Positions 56,897 through 64,000 of a stretch of 64,000 nt of DNA are shown piece by piece. Location: the NCBI GenBank assembly GCA_964445435.1, contig CAYUKU010000001.1, forward strand, positions 44,384-108,383, in the 5' to 3' direction. Each line of letters starts with the position of its first letter. The first letter of the stretch is position 1. The DNA comes from an uncultured Gammaproteobacteria bacterium. GTDB taxonomy: Bacteria; Patescibacteriota; Microgenomatia; UBA10105; UBA927. Both the position numbers and the translations under genes were made by a program. The notes below the pieces were generated by a model that was given only the letters and a program-made list of their open reading frames with translations, was not told the origin of the DNA and made no database searches.

Positions 56897-59379
56897 TGTT
56901 TGTTTACTTTATTACTTATGATTTTTTGCACCAATCGTAAATCCTCGTCGTTATAAAGCCTAAATCTCACAGATTGATACTGGTTATCTCGTACCAATAC
57001 TGAATCTGGATGTGACAACCCATTTTTTAATTGTTCTACTATTTCGGGGGTAGATGAGCCGAGTTCGCCATATACCCAATGATTTGCGTAATAGTAAAAC
57101 AACAACAATTCTTCACCCCGTTTAATACTGTGATACGAACCAGCTCCACCTTTTGAAATGTACACATCGCCGTCAGGGAACTCTTCATCAACCCACTGAG
57201 GAATAGACGTAACAGCTTTTTTGACAAATTCGTCTTTCACTCTGGCAATTGTTTCATCTTCTGTTTCTGGTGGTTTAGTTACGCTTACCTTAACCTCCTC
57301 CTCGTTATCGTCATCACCCTTTACGCCCCGCAACACCTGGGCAAACCATTCAATCGCCGCTTCCGCTTCTCGTTGCAATACAAAGTTAATTTCTTTGATG
57401 TGTTTAACCGCATTACGGAAATCTTTTAGAGTTATAAATCGTTTCTCTGTTTCGTACTTAGAGCCAAAGAATATTTCGAAGTGTTCCCAGTTTTTGAGAA
57501 TGATATTGGAATAATCCATGACGTCGCATTGACACAAACGATCATATGCATCCAGTTTCTCCTCAACAACATAGGGGTTCTTACGCAGGTATTCTGCTAG
57601 TTTTACTTTTACTTTCCCTTGAATATCTCCTGGCACTACCTGATTCCAATAATCTTTGCCAATTTTTTCGGACAATTGACTATTGATAAGTAAACGCAGT
57701 TTTAATTCAATGTCGTCTAAAGCTTTATTTGCATTTACGCCAAGGATCTGGATAATCTTTGATCCCGTTAGTCTTTCAAACTCTCGCTTGATAGCTTCTG
57801 CACGCTCTTTGATAAACAATTTATAGTTATCTTCTTTAATGGCATCACCGTAGTTGATTAAATGCGTTTCCAGTGTGTCATTAAATTCAGGATTTTCATT
57901 TTGATAATGGGCGAAATAATCGCTAGGTTTTTGATCTAATATTTCCTTATTCAATTCAGCAGGGATAAAGCAAAAGTTGGCTATTAAATTTTCCCCACCA
58001 ATCCTGTTTTTTGAGAGAAAACGCCTCGGGAAGATATGATGTTTTTCTGGACTATTAAAGCTTGAGTAGAAATGTCGATCCATTGGAATAAGTCCATTGG
58101 TTTTGAAATGCCTTGGGTTTCTACGGGCCAACATACAGAAGATAGCATTTCTAAGCGCAGATTTTGTACCAATTGTGGCAGTGGCAATCTTTTCCTCATC
58201 CGCCGTAATAGCAAAGTTTATCTTCACATCTTTGCCATTTAGGAGCTTATCGAATATTTCCCGACGATCTTCTCCCATCTTGCTTTCCATAGCTGCTGTG
58301 TATCGCTCGCTTAAAGATGATTTCCAAAACCACTCATGTACCACATCTGTCATCTCTTTACTTAATGCCCGCCCATCCGTCTTGAAATACAGATAGGCCA
58401 ATAGCGGAATGAATGACGGGTATGGAGTAAATTCAAAGATTTTAACCCCTAGATTGGCCGACAAATGCTCAACCGCCAACTCAATCGCATTAGCAATCTC
58501 ATTCCAATTCTCCTTTATTTCCTCTTTTTTTAGCTGTAATTGATATATCTTGCTACAAAACCCTTTGAGAATGAGCGAAATGGCGTGTGTAACTACTTCT
58601 GGGCTAATATCTCCAAAACCTTTCGATGCAATCCTTTCCCGCAATTGGTTGTAATTCTCCTTTAGATCAAAATCTTCACCCCATGTACTAGCTACCACCA
58701 AATCGAACAACGACAATTTCTTACCACCCTGGTTGATGCGTTCAAATATGACGCTAGCATTGTTGAGTTCGACGTTATAGACAGTTACCACACTAAGGGG
58801 GTAAGTGGTGAATATCCGATGACACTCCATGAACACTTCCTGCCGTTCGGGTGACAGTTTGCGAAACATCTGCATGTGATCTTCACCCAAGACTTTGTAT
58901 AGAGGAATATATCTATCGCTTTCCCGCTTCACCTCAAAGACTGATTGGTTGCCATTATCATCAGGCTCTTTTTTGTAGTAATCCAAGTCTAAGCAGATTT
59001 GCGAACAGTCAACCAATTTTGTTTTATTGCCATCCTTAAACTCAACCCGAACACCATGCCAGGCGGCATAGAGTGAACAAATACGTTGTTGGCCGTCTAG
59101 GATGAATTTCAATTTTTCATCCTCTCTTGGTTTAGGTGGTGTTATTCCAAGTTCAGGTAGATCCCGATAAAACAGATTGTATTTGCCCGTTGTTTCCCAA
59201 AGAAAAAAACTACCAATCGGATACTCTTTGTAAATGCTATCCAACAAGGCCACAATTTTGCTTCGTTCCCACACAAAGTCCCGTTGAAATCGGGGAACAC
59301 GAAGAGTTCCTTCTTTTAGGTAAGTAAGTAGGGAAATGATTTGTTTGTTTCCCTCTGATTCAATTTTTGGTAGCTTCAT
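56893..59379 (-). CDS. GmrSD-like DUF262 (ParB/Srx-fold, DGQQR) + DUF1524 (His-Me finger) protein with C-terminal HEPN-like and unknown domains
   Basis: N-terminus VPRFQRDFVWERSKIVALLDSIYKEYPIGSFFLWE ... ILDGQQR. Middle EKHHIFPRRFL...NLIANFCFIPAELNKEI (DUF1524). Later Rx4H motif FRNAVKHI. The final about 130 aa is aromatic-rich (LLLFYYYANHWVYGE). Confidence 0.65.
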   Translation of the reverse strand: MKLPKIESEGNKQIISLLTYLKEGTLRVPRFQRDFVWERSKIVALLDSIYKEYPIGSFFLWETTGKYNLFYRDLPELGITPPKPREDEKLKFILDGQQRICSLYAAWHGVRVEFKDGNKTKLVDCSQICLDLDYYKKEPDDNGNQSVFEVKRESDRYIPLYKVLGEDHMQMFRKLSPERQEVFMECHRIFTTYPLSVVTVYNVELNNASVIFERINQGGKKLSLFDLVVASTWGEDFDLKENYNQLRERIASKGFGDISPEVVTHAISLILKGFCSKIYQLQLKKEEIKENWNEIANAIELAVEHLSANLGVKIFEFTPYPSFIPLLAYLYFKTDGRALSKEMTDVVHEWFWKSSLSERYTAAMESKMGEDRREIFDKLLNGKDVKINFAITADEEKIATATIGTKSALRNAIFCMLARRNPRHFKTNGLIPMDRHFYSSFNSPEKHHIFPRRFLSKNRIGGENLIANFCFIPAELNKEILDQKPSDYFAHYQNENPEFNDTLETHLINYGDAIKEDNYKLFIKERAEAIKREFERLTGSKIIQILGVNANKALDDIELKLRLLINSQLSEKIGKDYWNQVVPGDIQGKVKVKLAEYLRKNPYVVEEKLDAYDRLCQCDVMDYSNIILKNWEHFEIFFGSKYETEKRFITLKDFRNAVKHIKEINFVLQREAEAAIEWFAQVLRGVKGDDDNEEEVKVSVTKPPETEDETIARVKDEFVKKAVTSIPQWVDEEFPDGDVYISKGGAGSYHSIKRGEELLLFYYYANHWVYGELGSSTPEIVEQLKNGLSHPDSVLVRDNQYQSVRFRLYNDEDLRLVQKIISNKVNKQ

Positions 59380-59382
59380 AAT

Positions 59383-62300
59383 TTATTTTTCTCCCGTCCA
59401 ATCTTTTGCTAATAACTCCGCCTGTTCCAATACAATCTTGGTAGCTCCATCCTGTTTGTCTGGCGGGTAGTTATATTTCTTGAGCAACCGCTTGATATAA
59501 ACCCGTAATTTAGCTTGAATGCTTTCCTTGATCGTCCAGTCGATAGTGGTATTTTTACGGAGCATATCCACCAGCTCCCGAGCCATTGCCTTAAGGGTTT
59601 CATCACCTAGTTCTCTAATTGCGCTTTCGTTATTAGAGAGTGCGTCATAAAATGCCACTTCTTCCTCGGTTAATCCCATGCCCTTGCCTTTGTCTTTTTC
59701 GTCTTTGATCTTCTTGGCTAGTTCTAGAAGTTCTGCGATTACCTGCGCCGCTTCAATCGTCCTGTTCTGGTACTTACGAATTGTTTCCGCGAGCATTGAG
59801 GCAAATGAACGAGATTTAACCAGATTTGTTCTGGCAAAAGTTCGGAGTTCATCGTTTAAGAGTCTTTTCAGAAGTTCCAAAGCTACGTTTTTGTGCTTCA
59901 TATTTTTCACTTCTTCCAAAAACTCCTCGGAAAATATCGAAATGTCAGGAGTCTTGATCCCAGCTGCAGAATAGATATCTATCACCGCGTCCGATGTCAC
60001 CGCCGAAGATACTATCTGTTTAATCGCTACGTCATACTCTTCATCAGTTGGCCCTCCGGAACGTGCTTCCATTTTCAGAATCGCGCCCCGTACAATCTGG
60101 AAAAATCCTACTTCATCTCTAATCTCAATTGCTTTCTCATGGGGAACGGCTAGTGAAAATGCCTTCGATAATTCTGATACCGCCGCAAGATACCGTTTTT
60201 TGCCATCAGGAAGCCCCAAGATAAAATCAGTTGCGCCAGAAATTGTTTGCGTGCGTAAAGAGGCAGCAGAGCTAAAGTAGTTTTGGTAGCCAAACCCGTG
60301 ATACATTCCCCGAACCACTTCGTATTTTTCGAGCATTACCGATACCGCCTCGTCTTGAGGAATAGCTGTTTCCTGTCTATCGGATTCCGAATAATAAGAT
60401 AGAGCCTCCTTTAATTCAGGCGCAATGCCGATGTAGTCAACGATAAGTCCGCCTTGTTTGTCCTTATAGACACGATTGACGCGAGCAATAGCTTGCATCA
60501 AACCATGCCCCTGCATGGGTTTGTCTATGTACATCGTATGCAAGGACGGCACGTCAAAACCCGTCAGCCACATATCCCGCACAATAACTAGTTTCAGGGA
60601 ATCGTCGGGATCTTTCATTCGTCTAGCCATTTCATCTAATGCATGTTTGGCCCGAATGTGGGGTTGATACTCCTCTGGATCAGCCGCCGATCCTGTCATC
60701 ACAACTTTCAAAAATCCTTTGTTGTCATCTCCCTCATGCCAGTTTGGCCGAAGTTTTATGATTGCGTTGTATAGTTCCACCGCAATCCTACGGCTCATCG
60801 CCACGATCATGCCTTTGCCATCAATGGCAGAGAGTCTATTTTCAAAATGATCCACCACGTCACGGGCAATAAGAGCAATGCGTTTTTCCGATCCCACCAT
60901 TGCCTCGAGCCTTGCCCACTTACTCTTCAATTTTTCCTTGCGCTCAACTTCTTCACCCTCGGTTAGTTCTTCAAATTCGGGATCAATCTTGGGCTGTTCT
61001 TCTTTCTTTAGTTCAATACGGGCTAGTCTGGCCTCGTAGTAGATCGGTACTGTGGCATGATCTTCAACCGCACGGGTAACATCGTATACATCGACATATT
61101 CACCAAATACCGCCCGTGTGTTTCGATCTGTCAGCTCGACAGGAGTGCCAGTAAAACCGATAAAGGAGGCATTGGGGAGAGCAGAGCGCATGTGTTTGGC
61201 AAAGCCATGAATAAATTCATACTGGCTCCGATGGGCTTCGTCGGCAATAACCACAATGTTTTTTCGATCAGACAGCATCGGATATTCCGTGTGTCCATTT
61301 TGAGGTAAGAATTTTTGAATAGTCGTAAATATCACCCCACCCGATGCCACCCGTAACAACTCTTGTAACTCTTCTCGGTTCTCTGCCTGTTTAGGAGTTT
61401 GCCGTAAGAGTTCATGACAACGAGAAAAGATGCCAAACAGTTGGTTGTCCAAGTCGTTGCGATCGGTTAAGACGACGAGAGTCGGGTTGTTGAGAGTTTG
61501 GATGATTTTACCCGCATAAAACGTCATGGTTAGGCTCTTTCCCGATCCTTGCGTATGCCAAACTACACCCGCTCGTCTGTCTCCCTCTTCCTGTGTCGCC
61601 TTAATCGTGCTTTCAATGGCCTTATTGGTAGCAAAATATTGGTGATACGCTGCCGCTTTTTTGATAGTATGCTCGCCATCGGTTTCAAAAACAATGAAGT
61701 TGGCGAGTAAGTCCAAGAGTCGGGTTTTATCAAAAATACCTTTTAAGAGTACCTCTAGCTGGGGTAGTGCATTGGAGGCTAGCTCTTTCCCATCTACAGT
61801 TCGCCAACGGGTAAACCATTCCAGGTTGGCCGAAAGCGTCCCCATGCGGGCCTCAATTCCGTCACTAATGATGGAAAGTTCGTTATAGGCAAACAGAGTG
61901 GGAATATCCCGTTTGTAGGTTTGGATTTGGTTAAAGGCATTTTTAACTGTGGCTTTTTCATCTCCTGGGTTTTTTAGTTCGATAACAACTACAGGTAACC
62001 CATTCACAAACACCACCACATCGGGCCGACGATTCACATTGTTTTCAATAATGGTGTATTGGTTAACAGCCAAAAAGTCGTTATTTGCAACGTCGCCAAA
62101 GTACACCAATCGTACTTTATCACCAGCTACAGTTCCATCAGAGCGCATATATTCCACATCCACACCATCCCGCAGATAGGAATGAAAGATTTTGTTATTG
62201 ATGATCAGATTCGGGGTAGTGTGGGCCACCTGCACCACTTTCTTAAACGCCTCTTCTTTAGCATCTTGGGGAATATTGGGATTTAGTTTTTCAATAGCCG

Positions 62301-62463
62301 TAAGCAATCTGTCCTCAAGTACCACGTCGCCATAACTAGCCCGTTCGGGATGTTCGCCATCGGGAGGTGGGGCAATCTCTGGGCCACCAATAACCGAATA
62401 ACCCAACCCCTCGAGCCATTCAAGTGTTGCTAGTTCTAGATCTGTTTCTGTGTATTTAGTCAT
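59383..62463 (-). CDS. hsdR: type I restriction enzyme R subunit
   Basis: 1026 aa. N-terminal nuclease domain. SF2 helicase motifs [24 protein letters not shown] and QAIARVNR. Confidence 0.9.
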   Translation of the reverse strand: MTKYTETDLELATLEWLEGLGYSVIGGPEIAPPPDGEHPERASYGDVVLEDRLLTAIEKLNPNIPQDAKEEAFKKVVQVAHTTPNLIINNKIFHSYLRDGVDVEYMRSDGTVAGDKVRLVYFGDVANNDFLAVNQYTIIENNVNRRPDVVVFVNGLPVVVIELKNPGDEKATVKNAFNQIQTYKRDIPTLFAYNELSIISDGIEARMGTLSANLEWFTRWRTVDGKELASNALPQLEVLLKGIFDKTRLLDLLANFIVFETDGEHTIKKAAAYHQYFATNKAIESTIKATQEEGDRRAGVVWHTQGSGKSLTMTFYAGKIIQTLNNPTLVVLTDRNDLDNQLFGIFSRCHELLRQTPKQAENREELQELLRVASGGVIFTTIQKFLPQNGHTEYPMLSDRKNIVVIADEAHRSQYEFIHGFAKHMRSALPNASFIGFTGTPVELTDRNTRAVFGEYVDVYDVTRAVEDHATVPIYYEARLARIELKKEEQPKIDPEFEELTEGEEVERKEKLKSKWARLEAMVGSEKRIALIARDVVDHFENRLSAIDGKGMIVAMSRRIAVELYNAIIKLRPNWHEGDDNKGFLKVVMTGSAADPEEYQPHIRAKHALDEMARRMKDPDDSLKLVIVRDMWLTGFDVPSLHTMYIDKPMQGHGLMQAIARVNRVYKDKQGGLIVDYIGIAPELKEALSYYSESDRQETAIPQDEAVSVMLEKYEVVRGMYHGFGYQNYFSSAASLRTQTISGATDFILGLPDGKKRYLAAVSELSKAFSLAVPHEKAIEIRDEVGFFQIVRGAILKMEARSGGPTDEEYDVAIKQIVSSAVTSDAVIDIYSAAGIKTPDISIFSEEFLEEVKNMKHKNVALELLKRLLNDELRTFARTNLVKSRSFASMLAETIRKYQNRTIEAAQVIAELLELAKKIKDEKDKGKGMGLTEEEVAFYDALSNNESAIRELGDETLKAMARELVDMLRKNTTIDWTIKESIQAKLRVYIKRLLKKYNYPPDKQDGATKIVLEQAELLAKDWTGEK

Positions 62464-62468
62464 ATTTA

Positions 62469-63623
62469 TTAAAATGATATTTTGTCATCATCCAATTCCA
62501 CTTCAAAGGAAGTTACAACTTTTGTATCGGCAGGTTGTACCTCTTCTGTAGAATTGTTAACGATAAATTTTGCCCTTTCAAATAATTCATCAAATGTAAT
62601 AATTTCAGGGTTAGATAAATTTCTCCTGTATAACTCAAAAGTCTTTTTCTTAGAATTGGAGTCCAACTGATTACAATGGCCGATTACCAATAATCCTTTT
62701 GGGCTGCATGTGGTAATACCGCCTAATTCTTCTCTGTTTTCGTCTGTTCTTGAACCCTCAGTTTCCCATTTATTTGCGTTAACTTGGAGCTGTGATACAC
62801 CACCAACTAATTCTTTTCCAATCTCCCATGCTCCATTTCTATATTCATCATTCCCGAGTAATGCAGTACTTGGTTTTTTGATTTCTACTAATACTGTAAA
62901 TCTGCCATCAGCGGCTGTATCCATCAGATAATCTCCACGTTGATTTCCTGAACCAAATACATTGCCTCCACCGTACTGAGGCTGGGATGTTATCAAATGA
63001 AGATATTGGTATTTCAACCCTAATCCGAAAATCCACTCATTGTTCTTGAAGAAATTTTGCCAATAGGCCTCGTCCTTATCTTCTGTTAATGAATTTTCAA
63101 ATTCTCTTAAGGCTGTTCCCCGTTCAGTTTGCACCCGAGAATATGCAAGCCGTGTGGCCAAGTGTGGCTCCTTTTGTACTAACTGTTCCCAAACCTCATT
63201 TCCGTAATCCTGCTCCAATAACTTGGTAACGAAACTCTTTCTCTTTTCATCAACCCTGATAATTTCGTCCTCCTTGGCCACGACATAGCTCTGTTCTAAC
63301 CAGGGTAATTCTTGCTTTGAAATGCGATATAGATTTACGAGTGCTTCAAACAAATTTTTTAATGCCAAGCTTTTAAGCTCAAATTTAATTCCCTCGTCTT
63401 TTTTTAATTCGTTGAGTTTTACCGAAGATAAATCTTGCCATTCATCATGCGCCCCTTTTCTTTGCACGATAATATACCCCTTAAGTGTGGCCTTAGGATC
63501 TTTCGGGTTGTCTTTAATGACAACTCCTCGAAAGACTTTTCTAAAGGTACCGCTTTCTTCAATAACAACATCGTCTGTTTTTGCAACATTGCTCGACACT
63601 CTGGTTAATTGATATTGCTGCAT
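62469..63623 (-). CDS. PD-(D/E)xK nuclease, Shedu/DUF4263-like, inserted between hsdS and hsdR
   Basis: GDYLMD...[10 protein letters not shown] (D231/D235 ... E247-x-K249). C-terminal [11 protein letters not shown]. No Walker motif, so not PrrC. Confidence 0.4.
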   Translation of the reverse strand: MQQYQLTRVSSNVAKTDDVVIEESGTFRKVFRGVVIKDNPKDPKATLKGYIIVQRKGAHDEWQDLSSVKLNELKKDEGIKFELKSLALKNLFEALVNLYRISKQELPWLEQSYVVAKEDEIIRVDEKRKSFVTKLLEQDYGNEVWEQLVQKEPHLATRLAYSRVQTERGTALREFENSLTEDKDEAYWQNFFKNNEWIFGLGLKYQYLHLITSQPQYGGGNVFGSGNQRGDYLMDTAADGRFTVLVEIKKPSTALLGNDEYRNGAWEIGKELVGGVSQLQVNANKWETEGSRTDENREELGGITTCSPKGLLVIGHCNQLDSNSKKKTFELYRRNLSNPEIITFDELFERAKFIVNNSTEEVQPADTKVVTSFEVELDDDKISF

Positions 63624-63624
63624 A

Positions 63625-64000
63625 CTAATTTTTCACTCTTAATTTCCCACTCATTAATCTTGGTAATAGAGAATCTCGCAGTGCGCCCAATTGTTCGTTC
63701 TCATCCATTTTTGCATTGATTTCTTGATATATGGCTCCGCATATCTGATTAAATCGATCTAGAATATCCTTACTCGGTGACAATACTGACATTTGTTTTA
63801 GATGTGTTGGCCCAAAATTTGCTTGCACACTACCTGCTGATAATCGTATTTGTTCACTTAAAAATTCTTCAGATTGTAAATACTGATACATAAAGGGATA
63901 ACTTACATTATCTTGGGGCCTAAATCGAATAACGCTCGTATTAAGTAAAAGTGGTAGATGTGATTTGCGCACAATTGCATTTTTACCTAAAGTTCCCGAT
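63625..64000 (-). CDS. hsdS: type I restriction enzyme S subunit (C-terminal part; gene continues beyond window end)
   Basis: C-terminal conserved helix EQLGALRDSLLPRLMSGKLRV typical of HsdS. The ORF is open at the window edge. Confidence 0.75.
   Translation of the reverse strand, partial: SGTLGKNAIVRKSHLPLLLNTSVIRFRPQDNVSYPFMYQYLQSEEFLSEQIRLSAGSVQANFGPTHLKQMSVLSPSKDILDRFNQICGAIYQEINAKMDENEQLGALRDSLLPRLMSGKLRVKN

Noticed and set aside
62469-63623. PrrC anticodon nuclease in the hsdS-hsdR gap
   Set aside because: PrrC has an N-terminal ABC-type ATPase with Walker A/B. This protein has neither and instead shows a D...ExK nuclease core.
1-64000. Genome-wide UGA reassignment (code 4 or 25), prompted by the in-frame TGA in tspO
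   Set aside because: Many long ORFs (nrdJ 809 aa, hsdR 1026 aa, coupling ATPase 782 aa, both PBPs) are uninterrupted under the standard code and end in TGA/TAA/TAG. The tspO TGA is therefore a local event, not a global code change.
1-64000. CRISPR array or cas operon near the Cas4-like gene
   Set aside because: No direct-repeat/spacer periodicity was seen anywhere in the window. The Cas4-like gene sits in an R-M/type-IV-like context instead.

Overview
The window reads as a reduced, host-dependent bacterial genome of the CPR/Patescibacteria type, with moderate GC and dense coding on both strands. That organism call is an inference and is not needed for any feature below.

- **Core functions recognisable from sequence.** These include tsaD, idi, an nrdR-nrdJ-pduO-type adenosyltransferase operon (AdoCbl-dependent class II RNR), a purine-salvage cluster (two PRTases, guaA, PNP), sodA, a PP2C phosphatase, two tandem class-A PBPs, uppP, queA, typA and many membrane transporters.
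- **Mobile-like island.** A tRNA with anticodon UAU lies at 3402-3473 on the minus strand. Next to it sit a split HTH + LAGLIDADG-like ORF pair, an ATP-grasp protein, a TraD/VirD4-like coupling ATPase and two unknown proteins.
- **Decaying accessory patch (about 47.4-55 kb).** This stretch holds small stress/detox families: DUF1801 twice, VOC/glyoxalase three times, RibD_C and DUF2795. One VOC gene is frameshifted in a homopolymer. A YdeI/OmpD-associated gene is broken by at least two frameshifts. A TspO gene carries an in-frame TGA exactly at a conserved Trp codon.
- **Defense operon at the 3' end (about 56-64 kb, minus strand).** This is the most interesting part. The gene order is hsdS (partial), a PD-(D/E)xK nuclease resembling Shedu/DUF4263 in the classic 'PrrC slot' between hsdS and hsdR, then hsdR. 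These are followed by an 828-aa fusion of DUF262 (DGQQR), DUF1524 (His-Me) and a HEPN-like Rx4H region with an extra C-terminal domain, a Cas4/RecB-like Cys-rich PD-(D/E)xK nuclease, and a translationally coupled 52-aa ORF. All genes are separated by 0-5 nt or overlap.

No CRISPR array, rRNA or obvious riboswitch was found.
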